Shown here: piece by piece, positions 11,112 through 21,246 of the stretch | Numbering within the stretch: position 1 is the stretch's first letter | Layout: every line of letters begins with the position of its first letter | Origin: an uncultured delta proteobacterium | GTDB taxonomy: Bacteria; Desulfobacterota; Syntrophobacteria; BM002 | DNA: 64,000 nucleotides | Direction of reading: 5' to 3' | Assembly: GCA_963712115.1 (NCBI GenBank) | Contig: CAVQGX010000014.1 | Span: 1-64,000, forward strand | Translations under genes and position numbers: made by a program | The notes under the pieces: generated by a model | Database searches by the model: none | Told to the model about the DNA's origin: nothing | Seen by the model: only the letters and a program-made list of their open reading frames with translations

Positions 11112-11867
11112 TTGTTAAACTCCATCTCCAAAAGACTGCACAGAGTTTTTCTAGACACACCCTTGAACCAAAAATATATAAGCAGGCACTTTCTCCGAAA
11201 AAACTTGCGAACTACATTATCTTATATTAGTGGGCGCTTACTTGATGTTGGTTGCGGTGAAAAACAGTATTATGATTTAGTTAAATCAAAAACAGATTCC
11301 TACATAGGTCTAGAACATCCAGCATGCTATTTTAACGATATCCAGGTAGAGGTATTCGGCGATGCTCATCATCTTCCTTTTAAAACTGAATCATTCAATA
11401 CAATTCTATGTACACAGGTTCTAATGTATATAAAAGAACCTTCACAGGTCTTTAAGGAATTGAGCCGCGTTCTTAAGAAAGGAGCATATCTCATAGTATC
11501 AGCTGACAAGTCATATCCTAACCATCGTTCTGGATCAGAGTACTTTAGATTTACTCATGAGGGCCTAAGATTCCTTGCAGAGTCTAACGGCCTACACGTA
11601 AACTGTGTAAAGCCAATATGCGGCCTCCCCGCAACCATTGGTTTGTACTTGTCACGCTACATATACGGAACATTCATGGTAAGCAGCAGAAATCAAAGGC
11701 CTAGGATTTGGCTTACGCCACTGATCTTACCCTTCTGTGCATTAGTACAGCTATTCTTTTTACTAATCGACTCCATCACTAACCATGACAGTTCGGAGAC
11801 AGACACAATAACTTATATCCTCATCGCGCAGAAGAGAAGTGACCCAAATCCACCTTCTTGTCTGTGA
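11112..11867 (+). CDS. Class I SAM-dependent methyltransferase
   Basis: LLDVGCG, GDAHHLPF, ELSRVLKKG. Confidence 0.85.
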   Translation: MLNSISKRLHRVFLDTPLNQKYISRHFLRKNLRTTLSYISGRLLDVGCGEKQYYDLVKSKTDSYIGLEHPACYFNDIQVEVFGDAHHLPFKTESFNTILCTQVLMYIKEPSQVFKELSRVLKKGAYLIVSADKSYPNHRSGSEYFRFTHEGLRFLAESNGLHVNCVKPICGLPATIGLYLSRYIYGTFMVSSRNQRPRIWLTPLILPFCALVQLFFLLIDSITNHDSSETDTITYILIAQKRSDPNPPSCL

Positions 11868-11952
11868 ATTACAATCTCAACAGATCTCCCCTTTTTATAA
11901 CACCAAACTTTTTACTCTAGTACTCTTAGTGAGTCCTAAAGGAGACAGACAA

Positions 11953-12732
11953 ATGAACGCCGACAGATGGGAACTGGCCATAAATGAAGAAGAATGCATG
12001 TGGAAAAGAGCTTGTCATGTTGTTTCCAACATTGAGGGACAAAGACGAATTATAGAATATTGGTCAAATGTCCTTGATATGATGCCATTCAAAATAAAGC
12101 CTGACAATCGAATACTAGACATTGGCTGCGGTCCGGCAGGAATTCTTCAAGCTATTAAACATGGAATAAAACGAGGCATTGACCCTCTCATGGAGGAATA
12201 CCAATCAAACTTCTCACTACCAAGCGATTGTCAATGGATATCCTCCAAAATAGAAGATTATCAAGATGACGAAAAGTTTGACATAATATTCGTATGGAAC
12301 AGCTTAGATCACGTTGATGACCTACATAAGGCAGTACAATCAATTAAAAGACTCCTATCAAAAGACGGTTATTTAGTAATCTCCGTGTGGTGCCACACGA
12401 CAAGGATTTTTGAGTATTATTTCAAAGCTTTTAACCGCTACATTGACAAATTTCATCCTCATCAGTTGTCGAAAAAGGACATTTTGGATTTATTTGCAGA
12501 GTATTCTCTAATCAAACACTCTTTTATCCCCAAGGACGGCGGCTGGGATGAGAGTCAGGTCGTCCCTATCCGCACATTCTCAGCCGACGTTCTCCACTTG
12601 GTACGACATCCCCTCAAGACGCTTGTACTGCCAATTAAGCTTTTGGACTTCACACGCCTATTCCCATCAAGAAGCCCCGAAGGAAGGTCGATTTACAAAT
12701 TTAATCTCTTTGTCTTCCACGCCTCACAGTGA
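11953..12732 (+). CDS. Class I SAM-dependent methyltransferase
   Basis: ILDIGCGPAG, GIDPL, NSLDHV; ATG 11953 follows a GGAG RBS. Confidence 0.85.
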   Translation: MNADRWELAINEEECMWKRACHVVSNIEGQRRIIEYWSNVLDMMPFKIKPDNRILDIGCGPAGILQAIKHGIKRGIDPLMEEYQSNFSLPSDCQWISSKIEDYQDDEKFDIIFVWNSLDHVDDLHKAVQSIKRLLSKDGYLVISVWCHTTRIFEYYFKAFNRYIDKFHPHQLSKKDILDLFAEYSLIKHSFIPKDGGWDESQVVPIRTFSADVLHLVRHPLKTLVLPIKLLDFTRLFPSRSPEGRSIYKFNLFVFHASQ

Positions 12733-12747
12733 TCTCGAGATCAAACA

Positions 12748-13758
12748 GTGATGAAACGATTTACAAAGAAATATAATACGCGGCATAAAATATTCTCTTT
12801 CCTAAGATTTTCAATAGGCTTCCTTATTGTCTTCTATTTGATCAGAACTATCGAGATAAATGGCATTGTTAATTTATACAACTCAGTTAATCTAAAATAC
12901 ATCGCAATCGCTGCTTTTCTATACATCTTAGATAGGTTGGTAGCAGACTATAGATGGAATTGTTTGCTGAAATCAAAAGATGTTTCTGTACCATTGTATA
13001 TAATGGTTGAAATATCTCTTGTTGGACAGTTCATTGGTAAATTCTTACCCTCATCTCTCGCTCCGGACGCAGTTAGAGCATATGGTCTTTCAAAAGAGAC
13101 CTTAAATACAACGGAGTCAGTTTCTTCTGTCTTTGTTGACAGGTTTATAAGTTTTTTGTCTTTATTAATTGTGGCATTGTTCGGGGCTTCTTATTCTCTT
13201 AAAATACAAGAAATTGGTGAAAGTAGATTAATTTTTTTTCTTTTTGCGATGTTTATGTCAGTTTTATTTCTTTCCACGCTGGTTATTTTTGCTAATCCAA
13301 TAATACTAAGATTGCTCACCAATTACGGATTAATAAATAGATATAAACTAATCGAGAAAATTGTCGAATTTTATGAATCGATGTATGCCTACAATAACAA
13401 AAAATCGGTAGTTTTCAAGGCCTTTGCTCTATCTTTGTTTACCCAGGTTCTCCGCTGCCTAATTGCTTATGTTAGTGCTCTTGCTCTAGGTGTCTACATT
13501 AACGTTCTTTACTTTTTCGTTTTCATTCCCACCATTAGTCTGATTTTGATGCTCCCCTTAACGATTGGGGGATTGGGCGTAGCTGAAGGAGCGTACATGT
13601 ACTTCTTTTCTCGAGTTGGTATGTTGTCTTATGAAGCTTTTGCCGTTTGCTTATTGCTGCGTGTATTAACCTTAGGTACTATTCTCTTGCCAGGCGGAAT
13701 TATTTTTGTTATGAGGGGGCTCTACTCGAGGAAATTGAGGCCTAAATCCCAATGCTGA
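12748..13758 (+). CDS. UPF0104/lysylphosphatidylglycerol synthase TM-family (flippase-like) membrane protein
   Basis: Multi-TM; RW..LL, FLPSSL..DAVR, SVFVDR, LPLTIGGLGVAEG. Confidence 0.85.
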   Translation: MMKRFTKKYNTRHKIFSFLRFSIGFLIVFYLIRTIEINGIVNLYNSVNLKYIAIAAFLYILDRLVADYRWNCLLKSKDVSVPLYIMVEISLVGQFIGKFLPSSLAPDAVRAYGLSKETLNTTESVSSVFVDRFISFLSLLIVALFGASYSLKIQEIGESRLIFFLFAMFMSVLFLSTLVIFANPIILRLLTNYGLINRYKLIEKIVEFYESMYAYNNKKSVVFKAFALSLFTQVLRCLIAYVSALALGVYINVLYFFVFIPTISLILMLPLTIGGLGVAEGAYMYFFSRVGMLSYEAFAVCLLLRVLTLGTILLPGGIIFVMRGLYSRKLRPKSQC

Positions 13759-14036
13759 CTCAGACCTTTACTACCTTTCGTTCCATACTTCCAGAGCCGG
13801 ATCTTTCTATTATTCTTTTCTCACAGATATCTAGATTGGAAATGGATTTTTCACGTCCACGTTCTCTTTGCTTTGGGCAATTCATACTTTTTTGGTTGGT
13901 GACCGAGACTTTTTTTTAGCCGTATCGTGTACACTAAGCGCTTAAATAGTTAACAAAATGATACACTTTTTGGAATTCACTTATTTAAGTTGGAAATAAG
14001 TCTTGTAATTACGGTTACTTATGGTGTGCTGATCAA

Positions 14037-14052
14037 GGGCACATGCTTTGCA
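14037..14052 (+). promoter_or_regulatory. Sigma54 -24/-12 promoter
   Basis: GGGCACATGCTTTGCA (GG-N10-GC) about 80 nt upstream of 14134. Confidence 0.65.
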
Positions 14053-14133
14053 TTATGACTCAACCTCTAATGGGACTCTTATTCACATTAGTGGCAATGG
14101 TAGACAGAACGGATTGGAGATAGGAGAGTCAAG

Positions 14134-16203
14134 ATGGTCCGCTGCACCATCAAGAGTCGGATTATACTCAACATATTCCTTTGCTATATTTTGATTTTTG
14201 CCTTAAGCGAATCTATCCTTGCATCCGAGATTCCACCTCCACAAGACTGGACCGAACAGGGCATTGTACTCGATAAAGGCCCCCCCGGAGCCTGGGATGA
14301 CAATGGTAATTATGTACGTGTGGGCTCGGTGGTTAAGAAGAATGGAACATATTTCCTGTACTATGCTGGCTCATCAGGCTCAGGATGTAGCGATGGTGGT
14401 GTTGATTATAGGGCTATCGGTGTAGCCACAAGCACAGATGGTATCAACTTCACTAAGTATTCTGGTAACCCTATCATAACATGGGAATCACCTAATCATG
14501 CTACAAATCCATGTGAAGAGGGCGCAGGTTTTCCAGTTGTGGCCTTAGATGATAATGGCGATTTCGTAATGTTTTGGGAAGCAATTTCAGCCACGGGGCC
14601 AACTTCTGTTGATGGTGATGTTCACTACTCAACTTCAAGTGATGGCTTTCACTTTACAGACCAAGGAGGGGTACCGGGTTTAACAGCGAGCGAGAACTGG
14701 CCCGTTGGGGTCTTACATGCTCAGGGAGGGACATCTTCTTTAACTGGTACATGGCATCTCTGGTTTATGTCTGACCAGTTTGGACCGTACAGTGTCCACC
14801 TTGCGACAGGTAACACTCCTGGCAACCTAACCAGACAAGCCACTGGCCCAATAATAAATAGAATATCGAGAGCTGAATGGCCAGTGTTGCATTCGGACGG
14901 AACAGTAAGCCTATTTGATGCATCTGGCGGATGGTCTCCAACCAAACTTGATGTTTTAGAAACAACTGTGAATAATCTGGATACATATTCATCACCGGTG
15001 ATGACCTTTCCTGCTCCTTCGGCTGGATTTTATGCTACAGTGTGTGTGTTGCAAGACAGTGATGACAATCTATTGCGAATGTACTATACGGATGCGGATC
15101 ATTACATTCGTTTGCGAACGGCTCCCATTTCTGTTACAGATTCAACACCTCCCACGATTCCACAAAGCCTTTCTGCTACTGCCATAAGCAATTCACAAAT
15201 TAACATCTCCTGGCAGGCTTCTACTGATTCAGAATCCGGTATTGGCAGCTACAAAATCTATCGAAACGGATCTTTCATTGGACAGTCCACCTCAACCTCA
15301 TTCTCTAATATTGGCTTGACCGAAGGAGCCTTGTATACCTATGAAGTTTCTGCTGTAAACGGCGTGAACTTAGAGTCAAACAAAAGCATTCCAGTTTCAG
15401 CTACAACCCTTGCTGATACTACTCCTCCAACTGTTATTTCTGTTAGCGCAACTGGCGATCCCACCTTGGTGACGGTTGTCTTCAGCGAACCGGTTGAGCA
15501 AACGAGCGCTACCAGTACATCAAATTACAACATCAACAACGGCATGACAATCTCGGGAGCGTCTTTGGATACAAATCTAAAAACCGTCTCACTTACTACG
15601 AGTCCTCACTCGGAGGGCGTCACCTACACTCTGACCGTCAACAACGTCCGGGACCGGGCGACCACTCCCAATACAATCGCTCCCAATACTAAAGCGAACT
15701 ACACCTTTGTAGCTAAATTGATCATCAGCAACCTGAGTGTGGGAAGTGGCAGAGCCTATGAAGTCATTGAAAGCGAGCTTCAAAACGGAGCAATCGTCTA
15801 CACAGACCGCAGCTACACATTCAGTAGTCTCCCAACGTGGCTTCAAGGTACAACATATATCAAGACCGCCAATGATGACAAATCTTCAAGTGGCACGTCC
15901 TTTATTACCTTTAATGTAAATCAAAATGTAACAGTCTACATTGCTCACGATGATCGTATTTTAACGAAGCCCAATTGGTTGCAATCATTTGTCGATATTG
16001 GTGAAGATATTGTCACCTCGCAGCTGAACAATACCACAATGAGTCTGTTTTCAAAGAATTTTTCTCCTGGTACTATAGTGCTAGGCGGCAATGGTGGTAC
16101 CGCTAACGAGAGTATGTATTCAATCATTATCGTCCCACAAGCAGGGACAGATCCCACACCCCCTGCTGCCCCCACTGGCCTCACCATCTTAGAGGTAAAG
16201 TAG
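14134..16203 (+). CDS. Secreted protein: glycoside-hydrolase-like beta-propeller, FN3 and Ig-like domains
   Basis: Signal peptide; GAWD..YYAG..IGVATSTDGINFTKYSGNPI propeller motif; DSTPPTIP..YTYEVSAV FN3; VTVVFSEPV Ig-like domain. Confidence 0.75.
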   Translation: MVRCTIKSRIILNIFLCYILIFALSESILASEIPPPQDWTEQGIVLDKGPPGAWDDNGNYVRVGSVVKKNGTYFLYYAGSSGSGCSDGGVDYRAIGVATSTDGINFTKYSGNPIITWESPNHATNPCEEGAGFPVVALDDNGDFVMFWEAISATGPTSVDGDVHYSTSSDGFHFTDQGGVPGLTASENWPVGVLHAQGGTSSLTGTWHLWFMSDQFGPYSVHLATGNTPGNLTRQATGPIINRISRAEWPVLHSDGTVSLFDASGGWSPTKLDVLETTVNNLDTYSSPVMTFPAPSAGFYATVCVLQDSDDNLLRMYYTDADHYIRLRTAPISVTDSTPPTIPQSLSATAISNSQINISWQASTDSESGIGSYKIYRNGSFIGQSTSTSFSNIGLTEGALYTYEVSAVNGVNLESNKSIPVSATTLADTTPPTVISVSATGDPTLVTVVFSEPVEQTSATSTSNYNINNGMTISGASLDTNLKTVSLTTSPHSEGVTYTLTVNNVRDRATTPNTIAPNTKANYTFVAKLIISNLSVGSGRAYEVIESELQNGAIVYTDRSYTFSSLPTWLQGTTYIKTANDDKSSSGTSFITFNVNQNVTVYIAHDDRILTKPNWLQSFVDIGEDIVTSQLNNTTMSLFSKNFSPGTIVLGGNGGTANESMYSIIIVPQAGTDPTPPAAPTGLTILEVK

Positions 16204-16370
16204 CATTGAGTGAAAGCGCATCTCATATAATAATAGGCTCCCCTGTAAAAACCCTTCCAAAATCTAAAAAGCGCGTCGTCTACTTGACCTATAACCATTC
16301 GATAGGCGCTCCACAAATTAGTGAACCCTTAACTCAGTATAGTGGAATGATGCAAACTTTTTTTATGTAA

Positions 16371-17268
16371 GGTAATTATAAAAAATCTGCCACGGGTATG
16401 GTCAGGTAATTAACGATGGTTTGGATAATATTTTCATCTTTGCGGTGATTGCACCTGAACTCGAGCGCTTTGAGATAGAGGGGGAGGTTCTGTTTGGATC
16501 CGCTGTGAAATTTAATCAACCCCTTTTTAGCATAGCTCCAAAACCCCTCAAGACCATTGATGTTGACCTTGCCTCTGGCAAACCGTTTTCCATGATCCAT
16601 TTTGAGATGTCTAAATTCACAAAATATAAGGCTATCGTCTCCTTTGAATTTGTCAGTGTAGACGATAGAGCCCCTGCCCACCTTTTTCACCGCCTACACC
16701 AGCAGCGTCTCTGCCTTGACGTCAGGGACAACTTCAACGGTAACCTTGCCTGCTCTCGACAGAATACCAAAGACGGGAACTTTCCCTCCAGCACCACGAC
16801 CTCGTTTGCCTTTTCGACGGCCGCCGAAATAAACCTCATCGGCTTTTCCACTTCCCCTTCGAGCAAGTGAGAGTCCCTGTCTTGGGCCAGGATCGCTCTG
16901 CGGTTGATATGGAACCCTTTCACTGCAGTGGGATGGGAAATCCCCATTTCCCTAGCTGTTTTTCTCGCAGACGCCACCAACTCGAACACCTTGATAAGAA
17001 GGAGCCATTTCCTGAACCCGATCCGAAGCGAGCCGAGGTATGTTCGGGTGAAATGAACAACCTCGTAACGACAGCCAACACAAAGAAGACGTTTTCCCAC
17101 TAAGTTAACTACACTTCTAGCATGACATCGTCGGCAGATTTTTCGGTAGTCTTTCCACCGAAACTTGAAAAAAACCTTCTGAATTTTTCCACAGTGCTAA
17201 TAAGCTGTTGAAGAACTACTAAATCCATACCACTAGCTTAATTTAGTGGCAAAACTTTTACAATTACC
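16371..17268 (-). mobile_element. Degenerate IS1595-family element (frameshifted transposase), relative of 48431..49327
   Basis: TIRs GGTAATT(A/G)TAAAA..GCCAC; transposase fragments 16376..16690 and 16687..17100; flanks TTATGTAA/TTAAGTAA (7/8 TSD). Confidence 0.9.
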
Positions 17269-17656
17269 TTAAGTAAAAAAGAGACATAGTATGACTTTTT
17301 CATGTCATTGCCAGCCCCTTCACTTATTCCATCTCATTTCTCATACTTTACCTCATTCGCCGTGACAACTAAGAAGGCCTACAAGAAAACACAAGGCCGC
17401 TCATTCTTTTACAACATGAATAACACTGAAAATAATATAATATGCAACTTTGAAATAACATAATAAGTAATATATACCTCTAGACTTCTTTCGAACTCTT
17501 TTCTCTGTTACAATTATATGAATCCATTTCAACTCCAAATTGACTCCATAGGTCTCTAAGTTTATTCGTTACTAGACACAATATTTTATATTTAGTTAAA
17601 CAACTTTGTCCATTTTTTAACTATTTATTCTATATATAGTCACAATACAATATTCA

Positions 17657-18601
17657 ATGAAGCCTAATAGTAAAAAAATACCTTCCATCTCAATCATTAT
17701 TCCTGTTTATAACGAAGAAGATAATGTAGAGCTTCTCTACAATGAGATTGCAAAATCCATTGAGCCATTAAAAATATACTATGAGGTTGTTTTTATTGAT
17801 GATGGAAGTGTAGATGAAACTTTTAACATTTTAACAAAGATCAAAATGAAAAACCAACAAGAAATCGACGGACTCGCATCTCTACGAATAATAAAATTAT
17901 CACGAAATTTCGGACAAAGTGCAGCTATGCAGGCGGGCTTTGACCACTCTCGCGGAGAGATTATTGTTTCCCTGGATGGAGATTTACAAAATGACCCGGG
18001 GGATATCCCGAAGTTATTGAACATGCTGGGAGAAGGTTATGACCTCGTCTGTGGGTGGAGGAAAGATAGGAAAGACAAAACCTTGACTCGAATTATTCCC
18101 TCGAAAATTGCCAACTGGCTTATTGCGAAGATTACTGGCGTACCGATTCATGACAATGGATGTTCTTTAAAAGCTTACAGAGGATCTATGATTAGGAAGG
18201 TGAGATTGTACTCTGATATGCACCGATTCATTCCGGCGATCACTACCCTCGAAGGAAGTAGAATCACCGAAATCGTCGTTAACCACAGAGCCAGGGAACA
18301 CGGGATATCGAAATACGGTATTTCTAGGATCTGGAAAGTTCTATTTGACATAATCACAATCAAAATGCTCATCCATTTTCACTACAGACCGATTTTGTGG
18401 TTTTCACTTCTTGCCTCTATCTTTTTTGTCCTAGGCCTTGGATTGGGAATACTATCTATTCTTCATATATTACATGGAGACCGATCAATCGTTTATCCAG
18501 CATCATGCTTTCTGTGTTTTTATCTCTTTGGCAGCCTTGTGACCTGGGGCTTTTTGGCGGAATTTTTTATTCGCATTGAGAAAAGTAAGCTACAGTCCTA
18601 A
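17657..18601 (+). CDS. Glycosyltransferase family 2 (ArnC/DPM-synthase-like)
   Basis: IIPVYNEE, DDGS, RNFGQSAA, DGDLQNDP, two C-terminal TMs. Confidence 0.92.
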   Translation: MKPNSKKIPSISIIIPVYNEEDNVELLYNEIAKSIEPLKIYYEVVFIDDGSVDETFNILTKIKMKNQQEIDGLASLRIIKLSRNFGQSAAMQAGFDHSRGEIIVSLDGDLQNDPGDIPKLLNMLGEGYDLVCGWRKDRKDKTLTRIIPSKIANWLIAKITGVPIHDNGCSLKAYRGSMIRKVRLYSDMHRFIPAITTLEGSRITEIVVNHRAREHGISKYGISRIWKVLFDIITIKMLIHFHYRPILWFSLLASIFFVLGLGLGILSILHILHGDRSIVYPASCFLCFYLFGSLVTWGFLAEFFIRIEKSKLQS

Positions 18602-18699
18602 GCTATCTTACATTCAACCGAATAAGCCTTGTAATCTGGCCTATATCCAAAACGCCATAAACCTTTCACCGAGCAAGCATTCTGCACTCCTGTTAGCTT

Positions 18700-18880
18700 A
18701 CCTTAATGTTGCATACCTACACCGGTAAAAACCGCAGCGCTCGCCCGATAGTACGCAATCTGCGGCTGCACGCTCCTGGGACAGGACGTCAAGTAGGGTA
18801 AAACCTTTCCAAGCCTGTGCGCAGCCGCATCCACCCACTCTTGCGCCTTTTCCCTCGACACAGGTATGCAACATTAGGGT
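18700..18880. mobile_element. MITE-like element, TIR CC(C/T)TAATGTTGCA family
   Basis: ACCTTAATGTTGCATACC ... GGTATGCAACATTAGGGT; homologous to 45320..45516 and a truncated copy at 42473. Confidence 0.7.
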
Positions 18881-18959
18881 TAAATAAACGATACCGTCTA
18901 ATGCCCCCTTAATCTTCATAAACTGCACATTAGAGAAGTCTGATGACGGAGGAAAAATT

Positions 18960-19931
18960 TTGGAAAATTCCTCATCCAATCATGACCAAGAAACCATGGC
19001 GCCAGAAGTTACAGTGGTTGTGCCCATTAGCGAACGGCATGGCAGAATAGGAAGACTGTACAAACTCTATGCCGACGAACTACTAAAGATTGGTAAACAG
19101 TTCGAATTCATTTTTATTGTTGATGGGCATTTCTCTCAAGCGTACAGTGACCTGAAGGAACTGAGTAATGCGGGTCATCCTGTAAGAATTATTAAATTTA
19201 CCAAACATTTTGGGGAGTCCGCAGCACTTATGGAAGGATTTCGACAGGCAAAGGGTGCTAAGATTCTGACTCTGGCTTCTTATATCCAAATAGAGCCAGC
19301 TGATTTGACCAAGGTCTTTTCCGCCTATGATGAAGGAAATGATCTCGTTATTACAAGGCGTCATCCACGAAAGGATCCCTGGGTGAATAGATTCCAATCT
19401 TTCATATATCATTTTATAGTAAGGATACTGACCAAGGCGCCTTTCAAGGATATTACTTCAGGAATGAGGTTAATCAACAGTAGAGTTCTCTCTGAATTTG
19501 TCCTTTACGGAGACCTTCATCGCTTTATCCCGATATTTGCCATGCAAAGGGGGATAAAGGTAAAAGAGGTGAACGTAACCCAGAGGAAAGAAGACACCCA
19601 GGTCAGGCTCATGAAGCCTGGTGTTTATTTGCGGAGAGTATTGGATATTTTAACCCTACTCTTCCTGACCAAATTTACGAAAAAACCCCTCAGATTCTTT
19701 GGACTTATCGGAAGTTTTCTGTTTATTGTTGGAGCGGTAATTACGGCGTATCTGGCCATTCTGAAGCTTTTCTTTGAAATGGCATTGAGTAACAGACCTT
19801 TATTGATTCTCGCTATCTTGCTAGTTGTGTTCGGTATTCAGATTTTCTCTTTAGGCCTAGTTGGAGAACTGATTATTTTCAGTCATGCCAAAGAGGTACC
19901 TGATTACAAAATAGAAAAGATAATTCAATAG
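18960..19931 (+). CDS. Glycosyltransferase family 2, divergent paralog
   Basis: VVVP, IVDG, FGESAAL, LYGDLHRFIP, KPLRFFG plus TMs; the DxD motif is not canonical. Confidence 0.85.
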   Translation: MENSSSNHDQETMAPEVTVVVPISERHGRIGRLYKLYADELLKIGKQFEFIFIVDGHFSQAYSDLKELSNAGHPVRIIKFTKHFGESAALMEGFRQAKGAKILTLASYIQIEPADLTKVFSAYDEGNDLVITRRHPRKDPWVNRFQSFIYHFIVRILTKAPFKDITSGMRLINSRVLSEFVLYGDLHRFIPIFAMQRGIKVKEVNVTQRKEDTQVRLMKPGVYLRRVLDILTLLFLTKFTKKPLRFFGLIGSFLFIVGAVITAYLAILKLFFEMALSNRPLLILAILLVVFGIQIFSLGLVGELIIFSHAKEVPDYKIEKIIQ

Positions 19932-20087
19932 AACGTGTTCAGTGCAATAAAATTAAAGAAATGAATAAATGTCTATCATTCCCAGCTGATGATCGGCACC
20001 AAGTGTAAATAGAAATTTTTAGATAATCATGGGATATGAGTAGTTAATTACCCTTATTATATTACCTGTACCTGGAGTGGTACTGAC

Positions 20088-20507
20088 ATGCTAGAGTGCG
20101 TACAAAGTAAACCGAAGATATTTACCCTTATAGTATGCATACTAGTTATATTTTCCACTTCTCTGATCTCGGTTGATCTAGACATTATCGGTTTTGAGTT
20201 TCTTTTCGAGATGAGAACTCATCTTTTCAATCTAATCCACATCCCACTATTTATGGTACTTGCCATAATCTGGCTACAGATAGTGAGAGCTTATAGTCTG
20301 TCAGCATGGAAGAAGATATCGTCAGCTCTGCTTTTTTCAATTTTTATTAGTACTGTATATGAACTCATTCAGATGGCAATTCCAGGGCGCAGTGCCTCCT
20401 CAATGGATATAGGTTACAATTTACTCGGAGTGCTTGCCGGCATTTTTGTATGCTATAAGCTCGAACGCGCTAAGCCAAGTCTTATGAGACGTTTAGTATG
20501 TCAATGA
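20088..20507 (+). CDS. VanZ-family membrane protein
   Basis: H...F, ELIQMAIPGRSASSMDIGYNLLG. Confidence 0.85.
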   Translation: MLECVQSKPKIFTLIVCILVIFSTSLISVDLDIIGFEFLFEMRTHLFNLIHIPLFMVLAIIWLQIVRAYSLSAWKKISSALLFSIFISTVYELIQMAIPGRSASSMDIGYNLLGVLAGIFVCYKLERAKPSLMRRLVCQ

Positions 20508-20889
20508 GGACATTATTTCAGGTCATGCGATCACACTGTGCAAGCTGCGAGGAATCCGCTCACCGGTCAGTTCGAAGAGAGAACACTAAGGAGCCATTAA
20601 TTTCGTCATTTCGCTCTTATTTGTTGCGCTACCCAGCCTACTCTTACCCTGGTCGCTCATTGAGCGAATGAGACTTCTCAGATACACCAATGCGAGGTTC
20701 TCCTAACTGGATGGTCTCAGGCCTATAATGATGGAAAATCTTGGAGGTCTTTTTTCGAAGACTCATTCAGTGAGCTTGATCAATATCGGAATTAGTAAGC
20801 CGATATAACATTGTTTTTCCTATCGGTGACCATGTCAACTACATTCGCCTTTTAGATTCCATTTACGATTCCCAATTGTTAGATTGAAT

Positions 20890-21115
20890 GAAACTCCCTG
20901 CAGCCCCAGAGACGAGATCTCCGCTTCGCTAAGACAAGACCTGTCGACGAGCTCAGGTCGAGTCGCTGCGCGGTATCGGTATTGATTAAGCCTTTTTATT
21001 CCCCCCTCGCCCCCGCCCGCCTCGCCTGAGCGAGCAGGCTCGCGACCCGCCCGCCTCGCCTTGCTCGCATGGCGGGCGTGGTGGCGGGCAGGCTAACCCC
21101 CTCCCGCCGGGGGAG
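20890..21115. repeat. Cluster of nested small palindromic elements
   Basis: 27-nt element at 20938..20964 inside a GAAACTCCC..GCAGC/GCTGC..GTATC palindrome; triple nesting at 21001..21115. Confidence 0.75.
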
Positions 21116-21246
21116 ATGGTAAATTTGGATTCCATTAACAAATTCAGCCTTGCAAACTCATAAAGAGAGTGAAACGGTCTGTGTTGAATGATTCTTGCAC
21201 GGTAACCAAAAGGATTTTGTTCCAAGCGAAGTAGGAAGGAGTATTT

